From contig NC_081381.1 in NCBI RefSeq assembly GCF_030684315.1, positions 25,671,811-25,735,810 of the forward strand: 64,000 nucleotides of DNA. The letters run 5' to 3'. The notes beneath the pieces are model-generated. The model searched no databases. It had not been told where the DNA came from and worked only from the letters and a program-made list of their open reading frames with translations. This DNA comes from Stegostoma tigrinum. Its lineage: Eukaryota. Positions 24,599-37,290 of this stretch are shown here, one piece after another. The translations under genes were made by a program, and so were the position numbers. The number at the start of each line of letters is the position of its first letter. The stretch's first letter is position 1.

Positions 24599-25242
24599 AG
24601 GTTGTTGACTTCCTTGCCGAGCTGCCTTATTTTCGTTCAGACGTTTCATCTCCATGCTAGGTAACATCGTCACCTGAGGCTTCCAATGAAGCGATGTTGT
24701 TGCACTCTGCTTGGAATTTACACTGTCTGGTCCTTTATGGTGAGTAGTGTTACTTCTGGTTTTGTTCTGTGTAGGTAAACTACAAAATACCATGCAATGA
24801 CTGCCACGAATGATACATCGGCCAGACAGGAAGCAAACTAGCCATCAGGATATGCTAACATCGGCTAGCAGCAAAATGACACGATGACCTTTCGTTAATA
24901 ACAGTACACTTGGACAATTTTTAACTGTGGTAACCCAAGCCGAGCATTGAAGCACAGGACTTCCCAGAGGCATAGTTCTCAACCTATAAAGCCATCAACA
25001 AACATAGAATTGAACTCCATTTATAAACCCATACAGAGCAAAACTGGAAATGACATTACTCATCATGTCAGACTGGAGAGTATAAATTCCAAGCGGAGTA
25101 CAACATCACCACTTCATTGGAGGCCTCACTGATGTTACCTAGCATGGTGATGAAATTTCTGAAAGAAAACAAACTAGTTCGGCCAGTAAGTCAATAACCT
25201 CACCCACAACTGGAGCTGCAAATCCTTGCTAAAACCTTACCT
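24599..25242. mobile_element. Third PLE family (family C) with inverted arms, inserted in a CR1 3' end
   Basis: Plus arm encodes a degraded GIY-YIG (..YIGQTGSKLAIR..). Arms 24599-~24750 (-) and ~25060-25240 (+) are reverse complements; possible TSD TAG(C/T)CCTG. Confidence 0.7.
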
Positions 25243-26170
25243 TAGTCCTGTTTGGCTCATATTCCCCTAAACCCTTTCTTTTCGTATACCCATCCAGATG
25301 CATTTTAAATGTTGTAATTATACCAACCATCTCCACTTCCTCTAGCAGTTCATGCCATTCATACACCACCCCTAGTGTGAAAAAGTTGTCCCTTATGTCC
25401 CTTTTAAATCTTTCCCTTCTCACCTTAAACCTGTGCCCTCTGGTTTTGGGCTCCCCTGCCCTGGGGAAAGGGCTTTGTCAGTTCACCCTATCCATATCCC
25501 TGTTTTATGAATGTCTGAGGTCACCACTCAGTCCCTGACACTCCAGGGACCCCCAGCCAATTCAACTTCTCGGTTTTTTTTCCAACCCTATCAACACCAT
25601 TGTAAACCTTTTCTGAGCTCTTTCAAGTTTACCAACATTTTCTTGTAGCAGGGAGACCAGAATTGAATGCAGTATTCCTGTACAGCTGCAACTTGGACCT
25701 CTGACTCCTTTTATTCATCACACTGACCAATAAAGGCAAGCACACCAAACGCCACCTTCACTCCCTTGTCTATCTAACTCCACTTTCAAGGAACTATGAA
25801 CCTGCACTCTGAGGTCTCTTTGTCCAGGAATACTCCCCAGGACGTTAACATTAAGTGTACAAGTCCTGCCTTGATTTGCCCTACCAAAATTAAGCACCTC
25901 AGTTCTCTAGGTGAAACTCCATCTGCCGCTCCTTGGCCAATCTGATCATGGTTCCTTTGTACTCCGAGATAACCACCTTCGGTGTCCAATACGCGACAAA
26001 TTTTGGAATCACCTGCAAACTTACTAATCATACATCCTGTATTTGCATCCAAATCATTTGTGTAAATGACAAAAAGCAGTAGACACAAGCACTGGCTCTT
26101 GTGGCATGCTGCTGGACACAGTCCTCCAGTCGGAAAAGATGTTGATCTGTACCCCTCATCACGGATATCT
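25243..26170 (-). mobile_element. Degraded CR1 LINE fragment
   Basis: Minus ORFs LFVIYTNDLD...ISKFAGDSKI and ERFKRDIRDNFFT. Confidence 0.75.
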
Positions 26171-26662
26171 GGGCCCATATGGACAAAGGCTAGGCAAATC
26201 TTAATGGCTAATATAACAGCTGTTATGTGATGCCTATGGTGATACAGGAGTCCTGGAATTACAAATGTCTTGATTTAAGAACACTGTACTTGCGAGCACA
26301 ATCCCATAAAGGTGTAATTTTAAAGATCTGAGTAATGAAAGTTTCCTGTACTTATGGCAATTTTATATTGCTGTGCATTGTGTTCTGACTTGGATTCAAG
26401 AATGGAACCTGTTTGCAATCTGGAGACTGCTTGACCCCTTTAAGCTTGCTGTTTGCCTGGTGTTAGATTTCAAATAGTGTGAAGGGCTGAGAATCAATGT
26501 GGGACAAATGAACATTGGAAAGATTGAAAAGGAAGCATAGTTCGAATTTTGGAAGGCTTTAGGCCAAGGGAGACTTGTTCTGAGGTCAGGGAGCTAAGGA
26601 ATAGGAGTAGAACAATGTCAGGAAGTCTTAACTTTTTTATTGACTTTGGTGTAACCTGTTGA

Positions 26663-26833
<171 letters not shown>

Positions 26834-26871
26834 CCATAAGGCTGGTCTGAACTTTTGTACAAATTATCTTC

Positions 26872-26877
26872 AATAAA
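26872..26877 (+). terminator. RPL22 polyadenylation signal
   Basis: AATAAA 38 nt after the stop, followed by GT/T-rich CTGTGTCCTGTTTTT. Confidence 0.8.
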
Positions 26878-29800
26878 ATTGACAAAAAAGAAAAACACAG
26901 CTGTGTCCTGTTTTTATTCACTCAGGATTGTACAATACTAGGTTTAATTTGGGAGTATTAATATGAATACATTCTTGTAAATGTTTTATGCTTCTGTCAT
27001 TATGATTTTCCCCATTGCTTTTGTAAATTTTGACTCATGGAGCTCCACTGGTGTCAGTTGAGTTCTGGTCTCTTGATCTACTGGCACTTCATTCTGTTCA
27101 AATTATTAAAATTTTTAATATTCATTCTTGTGTCTACATCTCCCTTTTTTTTGGCCTTGAGCTATCTGTATCATCCTCCAGTTCTGAAACACTCCAGCAT
27201 CTTTGTGTTCCATCAATCCAGTATTTTGTGCATCTTAGTTTCCTTCCCTCCCATTGATGCCCATCGCTGCAGCCATCCTTAAGCATAGAAAACTCTTCTT
27301 AAACCCTGCCATTTTTCCTTCGATGCTCTATAAAATTTGCAGTTGACCAAGTGTTTGCTCCTGATGCTTCAGTGTCTTTGTTACAAATTACAGTCCTGTG
27401 AATCCTTGGAAGGTTTGACTATTAATTGTACTGAAGTGTGATTATTCTTGCACTGTAGGTTGAGTTTTATCAGGCTATTTAACAATTTGTGCCTGAACCT
27501 GATGTCCACTTGCAGGTGTTACTGGTCTCCAATGGGAAGAAGTCCCCTGACTTCTGTCATGTCACAGTCCAGGAGTTGAAATAAGTTGCTACTACTTTTG
27601 TCTCAGTTGACAATGTATCTTGGTACAGACTGAAAATTAAATTGGGCCTCTTAATAAATCATTGAAAGAAGTGAAATGCTGCAGTGAAAATGCTGGAAAA
27701 GCTCAGCAGGTCAGGCAGCATTTTAGAGAGCAATACATCAATCTTTCAAGACAAAGACCTTTCATCAAAACTTAAAACAATGGTGCATTAAAATCTCTTT
27801 AGGGCAAAAGAAAAGCTATGTTAGGCTATATTTTGTACAGTATACCCTAGGTAGTTTACTTATTGTTTTCATTAATTGATTGGTCTTGGAGTCATGTTGT
27901 GTTTCCTCAGCTGACACTAACTGAACACTTGGATATTTGTTTCCTCCAAGCAGTCCTCCTGTGCACTCCCTAACTGGCATCATGAAGCATCATGGAGCAA
28001 TTTGCATTTCAGATAGAGGGGTTGAATAGTTTTAAGGACTAAAGGAATTTAAAGGTTATGGGGTGGAAGTGGGAATAGGGTACTGAACTGGATGATCAGC
28101 CATGATCATGATGAATAGGTGAGCAGGTTCAAAGGGCCAAGTGGCCTACTCCCATTTTCTGTGTTTGAATATGCATCCTTGGTTTGATTCCCATATCTGT
28201 GCCTTTTTCCTGTGTCTAATGCTGAGTGACTTCATGAAAAATTGGATGGGGACTAAAAGTAACAGTATGGAGAAGAGGAGTGTAGATCCCTGTTGTATAT
28301 TAACACTCAACATATTGTACGTTGACTCAACCCAAATGTATTTTGAGTTGTCCTGCCAATTCTTTCACAAGTAGCTTGCTTCAGAGTACTGAACAGTTAT
28401 CGTTTAGGAAAATTTGGTAATCTGTTCTTTAAAGCAAAGTATACATTGAAAAAAAACACATTAAATGCAATGGGAAAGAGCAAGCAAGTTGTGAATAGGT
28501 AGTTCTTACAAAGAGCTGATAGAGCAATGATGGACTAAATAACCAATTTACTTCCATTTACAGCCTCTGATTGTACTCAGAACTTAGAATCTGGATTAAG
28601 TATTTTTTCCTCTTGTTTTAGGCTCTATTTATATGGACAACATTGACTGCCTCCATTGTTCATTACTGTTACCCAGCCTTCAATTCTTGTTATTATGAGC
28701 TACACCAACTCCAGTTGTATGTGGTTTTATAGATCACCTATTGACAGCAATGTGCATAGGTGATGAAGTGAATGTTTAAGGTGATGAGTGTCAATCAAAT
28801 GGTAGCTTTGCTCAGTGATGTTGGGCCACACACACCTAAGCAGGTGGGGAAATATTCCAACTGTGATAAAGAAGCTTGATGTCTTGTAGCTACAGTTTGT
28901 ATGACAGTCTAGTTAGTTCACGGTAAAAGGAACCCTTGAGATGTTCGTGTAGGATTCAGTAATACCTTTCCACCTGAAGGGAAGATAGTTAGATTCTCCC
29001 TCATTGAAGGTGGTCTTTGTGTTGCAGCAGTCTTGGTTGCAGTTTATCCTTCAAAGCCTGCAAGTTCATATCTGGCTATAAGTAGGCATAAATGGCTTCA
29101 GAATCCGAATAGCACTGAACAACCTGCAATCATTGGCAAGCTTCTCCACTTCTTACCTTACATTGGAAAGGTGGTCATTAGTGAAGCAAGTGAGGCTGGT
29201 TGAGTGGTACTGTCTTCAGGTGCTTTTGCAACTGTGACATGGTGAATAGATTAGTATTTTTGACCCCCAAGAGCCTCTTCCTTTATGATAGGTTTGTGAC
29301 CAGGACATAACTAGTCAGTTTTTCACTTTTTTTGAGGTGATTTGCCAATGCTTTTGCAAAGACAGATTAGCTAGTTTTGGAGCGTAAGGCTTCAGCTGGG
29401 ATGTTATAAGGGCTCCATAGTCTTTGCTGTATACAATGTCAAGAAATGACTAAAGGCAATGTGTTTGGAATTGGCTGAAGGATGGCAAATATGACACTAG
29501 GGAACTCAAAAAAAAAAAGGCAGTGATTGATCATCCACTCGGTAGTTCTGGCTTAACATGATTGGAAAAACCTTTTGCACTGATATGCTGAGCACCTCTA
29601 TCGTTGCGTTTGGACATGCTTTTGGAGTCACTTCCTCAGGGTAGTTACTTGTTCACTACCATGATTGTGTGTGTCAGGAATGCAGATATTTTGATTTTAT
29701 CCTTTGCTTATGAGAGAACTTAGTTATTTATATCTTTTATGCTTATTTCTTCTGCTTTTTAGCATGCACATAGTCCTGTGTCATGGCTTCCCTGGTCAAA

Positions 29801-30242
29801 GGCCCATTTTAAATGTGCTGACTGTTTGAAGGATGAGCTAATGACATAGTTATAATGTCACTGAAGTGGAAATCCAGGTGCCTAGACTAATTCTCTGGGG
29901 ATGTTGTTTCATACTTTACTGAAGCAGCTTGTGGAATTTAAAGTCAATTAACAAGTAAATGTGAAATTAAAAGGCTCTTCTGAGCAATGGCAAACATGAA
30001 GGTATCATCAATAATTGGGAATTACATGCCTGGTACATATTACCCTTGTTTTTGTTTATTCATTCACTGGATGAGGGTGTTTCTGGCTAGGGGATGGGCA
30101 ATACATGCTGCCAATTGTCCAGAAGTTAGTTATGAGTCAACCATACTACTGTGGGTCTGGAGTCACATGTAGGCCATACCAGGTAAGGTTGGTAGTTTCC
30201 TTCCCTAAAGGACATTAGTGAACCAGATGGGTTTCCCACAAT

Positions 30243-30312
30243 ATAACGAAGTGTGAAGCTGGATGAACACAGCAGGCCAAGCAGCATTTCAGGCCTAGAC
30301 CCTTCTTCAGAG
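30243..30312 (-). mobile_element. Internally deleted family A mini-element inside a SINE
   Basis: Family A sequence ending at CTGAAGA; imperfect duplicated flank AGATGG(G/A)TTTCCC..AATA. Confidence 0.65.
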
Positions 30313-31200
30313 ATGGATTTCCCCAATAATTGACAATGGATTCAGTTATCGTTGGACTCCTAATTCCAGATATTCACTGAATTCAAGCCTGGGTCCCCAG
30401 AACATTATCTGGATCAACAGTCCAGTGATAACACCACTAAGCCATCATCTCCATGGTCAGGCTTCAACTAATTAACAGCCCTTTCTCATCCAGTATAAAT
30501 TATGCCATTGAAATTTGGTAATATAATTCTGTCCTGATGAATACAAGGTGAAAAAATTTGGATAGGATGTTCGAAGAGTGTGGTGTAGTGGTAATGTTGC
30601 TGTGATAACAATCCAGAGGCTTAGATTAATGTGTTGGGGAATGGGTACAAACTTTCCCATGAGAGCTGGGTGAATTTAAGTTCTAATGAAAGCTTGTCCC
30701 TCTAATGAAAAACCATGAAACTATCAACTGTCATCAAAACTTATTCGGTTTACTATATGCTTTTAGGGAAGGAAATCTACCGTCCTTACCTAGTCCAACC
30801 CGTAGTTGACTTCAATTGAAGTCAATGTGGTTAATTCTTAACTGCATTCTGAAATGGCCTAGCAAGCAACTTGCTTCAGGGGTAATTCAGGATTGACAAC
30901 ACGTGCTGTCTGTACCAGTGGCGCTTGGTGCTCCCCTCCTATGAAAGAATATGAAGCTGCTGAAGGTCCACTGCAACCCTCGGATGCAGAGATTTAGCAT
31001 TAATTGCCACATGCTCAAATGAGTACAGTATAAAGTTGACAAGTTGCTACTTACAGTACCAAGTACAAAGATACCCAGATATACATTAAATGCAAATTCT
31101 TGGGGGGGGTGGGGGGAGAAATTGAACTAATAGCTTTGTTATGAATCTAACCCACTTAGCATGAAGGTAGTACCACAGCACAATAGAGGCTGTTGACAAT

Positions 31201-31244
31201 GTGAACAAGAAGAGCTGAGTGGTGAACAAGAAGACCTGAGTGGT
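31201..31244 (+). repeat. 21-bp tandem duplication
   Basis: GTGAACAAGAAGA(G/C)CTGAGTG twice. Confidence 0.75.
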
Positions 31245-34200
31245 GGTCAATCCTACAAATACTGTACTGTCAAAGACAACATGTGGATTGATAACAGCAA
31301 GGTCATTAAAGAATGCTGACAGCAGTGAGGATGGCCAGTTTTGTCTGTTTCTCCTTTCGGAGGATCAATTCAACCAGCACTACACCCCTCTCCTTTCACT
31401 ATGGCCCAGCAAATGTTTCCTTTTCATTTAATGATCAAATGCCCTTCAGTAAGCCCCACCTGAATCTGCCTCCACTGCACGGTCAGGCAGTCAATTCCAC
31501 ATCATTGTAGCTCAATGAGTAAACATGATTCTTTGCCAAAAACTGCTTTTGACGGTTATCTTGGGTCAGGTGTACTTTTCCCTCGGGTTTTTTTTCACTA
31601 CCTGCTGCAGGTCCAGTCTGGACATGGCCATTTTGGTGATTAGTCATGCTACTGAGACAGTTAGGAGCTTGAAACCCTTTGTCCACTCCCTGGATAGAGT
31701 ACATTCTGTGCCCTTGCTACCCTGAGAATATCTTCCAGGTGTTCAACATGGAGTACTAACTCATGAACATTGATGGGTGGTAATCAAGCAGTTTCCTTGC
31801 CTGGGTTTTATCTGATGCCATGAGACTTCATTGGGTCTGCAGTCAATGCAGAGGACACCCGAGATCACTAACTTCTGACTGACTGTATACCACTGTGTTG
31901 CTACCTTTAGTCAGGTGGGATAGGATAGTCCTGGGAAAGAGTTGAAACAGTCTTTGGGCCCTTGCTGTAAAGTGACTTGTGAATGAGTATGACTTTGTCA
32001 AGTTTTTGCTTCATTAGACTGTGGTTCTGACCTTTCAATTTTGCCACAGATCTCTGATGCTAGTGAGGAGGACTTTTCAGAATTGATTGAATAGGGAATA
32101 CCTTGTTTCCTGTCCCTAGGTCAATGCAGGAGAGTTTTGGTGCAACTGTTTTATCATATAGTGTCAGAACTGTTAAGAATCAAGTGTGTGCTAGACTTGG
32201 TAAGAAAAGCAAATTTCCAGTCAAAGGACATAACAATCTCTAGCTACTCAATGAAGAAAAGTACATGGTTCCTGGTCCTGTGGGCTGTGCAGTGATCCTG
32301 TTGGAAAATGAATGTCAGTCATGTACTAAAACTGAGTCTACTGCAATGATGTCAATGGTCATAATCAGTTGACATTCATTAGCAATGCATATCAAAAGAA
32401 TGTTTGCTCTGAAGGAGATTAGAGAATTTTACTGCAGCAACATTTGACAGCTTGAGGGGAGTAGATGGTAGTGGTAAAGATGAAGAAGGAAGTTTGGGAA
32501 GAGCCATCATTGCTCAACATTTGATCCATCTTGTCTCAAGCATTAAGCATTCTATGCTTGGGTTTGAGAACAATCAGTGTCTCAAAAGTGTACATAAATT
32601 TGTGTAGTAACTCACCACATAATTTGACATTGGCTTATTTTGCCAAGTTTGTAGAAATTCCAACTGCTTTAGGAATTCTAGGAAATGCTTTTCCCCTTGA
32701 GTGCACACACTGATACTTACGGTTACCTACTGGCCTTGCAGGATTTGAACCTCTCAGGGACTTTGCTGTCTGTACATCATGCATTGTGTGAAAAGGAACC
32801 ATATGCTATCTCTGCAGTAAGCTACAGCACGGACGTGTATACATAACTGTCAAAATAAATCCGTCAACTAACAAAACCAAGTTCAAATAACAAGCATTTC
32901 ACTATGATACTACATAAATAGATGATGCCTTTCCTAAAACACCTTTGTACTTTCTTTCTGGAACTTTAAATATTCTTTCACTAATTGTTTCTCTGACTTC
33001 AAGCAGTCAACACTGGATAATGATTTTTCAGAAGTGTCTTTTATCAAAGTGACCCCCATTTTGCATGCGATGTTCTGGACTGAGGTTAACTTGGCCTTTC
33101 TGACCAAAGCTGGCTGATGTGACATCTGCTAGAATTAATCTTTAATCGCATGCTGAACTGGAGTTGTTGGCGGAGCAACCATTCTGATATGCTGCCAAAA
33201 TTGCCTAAAGTTTGTGTCTAGACCCATTGGTCAGTGCCAGAGCTGTTTAAATAGCTGGTGGGAGTGAATTGGGGGGCTAAATGCTGCCCTCAGTTGATTC
33301 TAAATAGTTGCAGATGCTGGTCTCACTGAAACTGACCCAAAACAACACTGATTTTTTTTTAGTAGTTCACCATCTTATCCTCTACAGGTGCTGTGATACC
33401 CTTCTGCTCCTGGTAATTTCTGTAGACTCAAAGTAGCACAGTCTCCAGAGATCAAAATAATGGACTACGTTGACTGTGCAATTCAAATGAGCCCTTGGAA
33501 ACATACTTAAGTACAAGTAACAATTTTCATTTTATACATCCATTTTCCCTTCTGCTTAGGAGAAATAGAGAAGTTGGAATTAACTTTTGAGCTTTTCTAA
33601 AAAGCTCCTTTTCCCTCGGTCCTGCCTCCTCAGTTGTTTTTGTATTTCCTCTGATTTGCAATCTATGGGTGAATTCTGTTGAGATAACAGTAAGACGAAT
33701 GCTCAAAGGTTAATGTAGATTGAAACAGGAGCGATGTTAGCCCACTCGGAGACAAGCATGTCGTTCATCAGGCTTAGTAAGAAGAATTTTTTTCAGAGTA
33801 TGGTCCTTGATCTTGGCCTGCTGCCAGGAGCTAGCTGGCAGTTAATTTGTATACCATGTACCTAGAAGAGTTGCCACCTGTCAAACACAGAAACAGTCAG
33901 AAGAACTGGTGACAGGCAAAATCCATGAGCCCTGACAATGGAAGAAGGCAGCAGTATACATATGCAACTGACACTGTCCAGGACCAGGATCCAGTTGCTT
34001 GATATATTTTGTACCCTATCACAATAAGCCATAGACTGTATTGTGAAATCAATTTATTTTTTATAATCAAAGGATAATGCAATAAAACAAACAGAAAAAT
34101 GAAATCAGATTTTAAATTGGCATTCACATGACTTGTAAAATCTGAAGGCACAATATGCAGCTGCTCTAATGTTACAAATTACAAACCTTAAAGGTATATT

Positions 34201-35379
34201 TGTGTAAAAGGAGTGGAACCAAATTGTAAAAAATAACTTATTTTGGATTTGATCTGCATTACATCATATATTTTCTCATTGTACCATGTGCTTAATTTTA
34301 TGATGAGTTTCTAAAGTTAGAATTTACCGTGCTGCTGTATGTCTCACTGATTTTTGAAACCTGTCTAGTGTGTCCTCCCTGCTTTGAGATTTAAAATGTT
34401 TCTAAAGATTGCATCTTGGATTCACATAAACCTAATATTTAGAACCTGCAGAGATGCATAATTGGATAAATGTCTGCTTTTATAAACCTTGAATAAACCA
34501 AGAAACTTTCCATAGCTTTTCCTATTCAATTGCTTTATATATTCTAAAAATTTAAGTGTGGAGCAAGTGCCCACTGCTTTGGTGCACAACTTGCTGTACT
34601 TTTTAAAAAAAAATCAAGGATGTTAATTGTAGCACATTGTTCAGCTATCAGAAGGCCTGAACTTAGAACTGAGCAAGATCAGAATAAGTACAGGATCTTG
34701 CAATAGCTGAACAGGTTGTGGAATAGATTGTCAAAAAAAGCTGCAAATCAGGAAATTTGAGTTGAAAGAGTAATTGGATGTTTATCTCTAGAGAATAAAA
34801 AGTTAGGTTGTTGAGTTCAAAGGCCTTGCACCACAATGTGCTGTGTATACCATAATGCTATTTTCTAGTAATATGGTGCAAATTAATTCTTGTAATCTCA
34901 CTGACTGTATGTCACCTATGTCAAGTATTCTGGTCAACACACCAGTCAAGCAGAATCAAAAATGCCATTGAAACTGCAAAAGGCGGGTGCCAATGTTATG
35001 GATATTAATGATGCTGCTTGGATTTGATTTGGAAATGATAGGAATGTATGCAGGATATATTCAGTGAAAATAATCTCACAGAGGGCTCTCACTGACAATA
35101 TGACCCCCTGCAGAAATGCATACTGCCTAGTGACTCCTGCCGTCTCATTATTTTCGAAGAATCCCTCAAAGATCTGCTAAATGTCTTGGCAAAATAGTTG
35201 TTCAACCAGATGAGTTGAGTCAGTTATAAAGCCATGAAGAGTTGCACTGTGCTTTTAAAGATAAATATCTGCAGCATCAATGTGCACTGCATGTTTTTAA
35301 CCCTTCTATACATTTGAGTAAAAAGTTCAAAGTAATTAGGGAATATTTCAACAGTAATAGAGACAGGCACTAAAACTTC

Positions 35380-36320
35380 TTCCCTTCCCCGCCCCCTTGC
35401 ACCACCAACCCCTGTCCCACACAGCAGATTCCACTAGCACCAAAACCTGGTTAACCACAACCATAACTAGCAGGTTAGCGATCATTATGGGATGTATGGT
35501 TACCGGGGCGACCAGACGAGACGTCACAACTGGGCATGTGCGTTCCAATTTTTCTCTCCCCTCTTTCTGTCTTTTTTTGGATTTTTTTCAGGCGGGGGGC
35601 TGAGGAGATTTTTTTGTTGGTGTGTGGCGGCCATTTTTCCACCTCACCCTGACAAATCTGTCAATATAGTCACTCCACCCGGCTCCTACCTTTTTTTTAA
35701 AAACCCAACAAGGACTTTTCCTCCTGTATTTTATTAATTTAAAAATCTTCCTTATTTGCATTTTCCTTCCTCTGGTTAAAATCTCACCTTTTCAGGATTT
35801 TAATGTGAATCTTCTGTGACCCCCCCCCCATATCTCTCTTTAAAAAAATACATTAGTTTAACATTCAATGATGCCGGCATCTTTTGGCAATGAGGAGGAC
35901 GGGATGGAAAACGATGAGGGAGCCCCAGGTAGGTGTTGATGTAGATCTCATTAACAATAATTTTCATGCTTAAGTTGTCGGTGGAAAAAAAGACGAGGAA
36001 ACCAAGCAGCAATTCCCTTTATATGTAATATACACAAGAACATATATACATTTGAACAGGACCTACAGCCTAGCAGCAAACGCCGGTAACTTCAGTATTT
36101 GGCCAAGCCCGGGAGTGTCTGCAGAAAGTGTGTGACGAAGAGGAGGAGGAGTGGGAGCGGGGGCCGCGGGAAGCCGCCTTTCAGGGGCTTCTTGTCGGCT
36201 TATTTCGCAAGTTTTTCCGGTTTCCCCCTCCGCTCCCTTGCAGCCGCCGGAGACACTTTGTGTTCGAAGCTACCAATGGCGCGGGTCTGGACCAAGAAAA
36301 GGATCTGATGCATATTCATT
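35380..36320 (+). promoter_or_regulatory. CHD5 promoter / CpG-rich region
   Basis: GC box CCCCGCCCCC ~35387, CRE-like GACGTCA ~35520, YY1-like GCGGCCATTTT 35627-35637; CpG-rich through ~36300. Confidence 0.6.
35868..35928 (+). CDS. CHD5: CHD5 putative first coding exon
   Basis: MMPASFGNEEDGMENDEGAP then G|gtagg. Resembles human ..EEMENEDEMS; phase 1 fits exon 2; lies in a CpG-rich promoter. Confidence 0.7.
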
Positions 36321-37129
36321 ACGAATTGTTTGGTTTTTAATAATCTTGCGAGAGGAAAAAATGTTTTGACTCGTGTCTTTCAAAACGCTTCCTAATGGGA
36401 GGGTGGCTGTTGAAAACATCGTAATCAAACCATTTCATTGCAGCAACAAAAAATAATTCGTCAAACCCCTCTAAATCCATGTTTAGCATTATTTGACATT
36501 CGTGGCTTAAATCATGTACATTTTAAAATCTTATTGTAATTTTCCATGTGTGCTTTCATAGTCCATTTTGATTTGTTGCATTGGTCGTATTTACAGATCA
36601 TATCTGGATCTCTGCAGAAAACAGTGTTCATACCCAGCGACCTTTGAATTACTCCTGTAGCACATCAACCTGTGATCTTGCTTTCTATCCAGAAAGCAAA
36701 ATCCCAAGTTTGAATTAGCGTCGTCAAAATCGGATGCTGCGTTTTTTTTTACAGTGATCTGTTTAAACACAGCAGTGCTTTATTGGATGATATTTTTTAA
36801 TCTTGGGATGCCAGTTATTGATTCCAACACTAGTCTTTTTTCCATGGACGATACCTGTTAGGTTTACTGGATAGATTTTTTAAACCAGCAAATGAAACTT
36901 AATATATCCCGTTTATTTCTATACACAATTTTTTTTCAAGGATTGGGGATTCTACGGCCAGTCTCTTATTTGAAAAGCAATTCTTGCATTGCATTTCTGG
37001 AGAAGTTTTTTCAATGGGAAAAGTTCTGTGAGCAAACTTTTTCATGGGGAGTGGGAGAGTTTGGGGCCTGTACTGAATGATTTGTGGTTTGTTTTCCCCC
37101 CATCAGCTGCCCCTCTTCCTCCCCCATGA

Positions 37130-37290
37130 CGAGAAAATATTATTCAAAGCAGGCCCATTATGACGTCACAAAGCCGGCCGCAACCTACCCTGCTAGCGAT
37201 AGGAGCCCCGCCCCCTGCTTTGACCTCCCATTGGCTTGTCGGCGAATGTCTGGCTTGGTGATTGGTCAGTTGCGAATGGCTGTCAGGTTA
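37130..37290. promoter_or_regulatory. Intronic promoter/enhancer-like motif cluster
   Basis: Perfect CRE TGACGTCA 37161-37168, GC box 37206-37215, ATTGG at 37230 and 37261, locally CpG-rich. Confidence 0.5.

Noticed and set aside
33370-33520. Possible exon between RPL22 and CHD5
   Set aside because: Acceptor-like CTACAG but a weak donor and no recognisable coding similarity.
36128-36340. ORF CDEEEEEWERG as an additional CHD5 exon
   Set aside because: The nearby AG would need phase 0 but exon 1 ends in phase 1 (which gives an immediate TGA). No pyrimidine tract; GC-rich promoter sequence.
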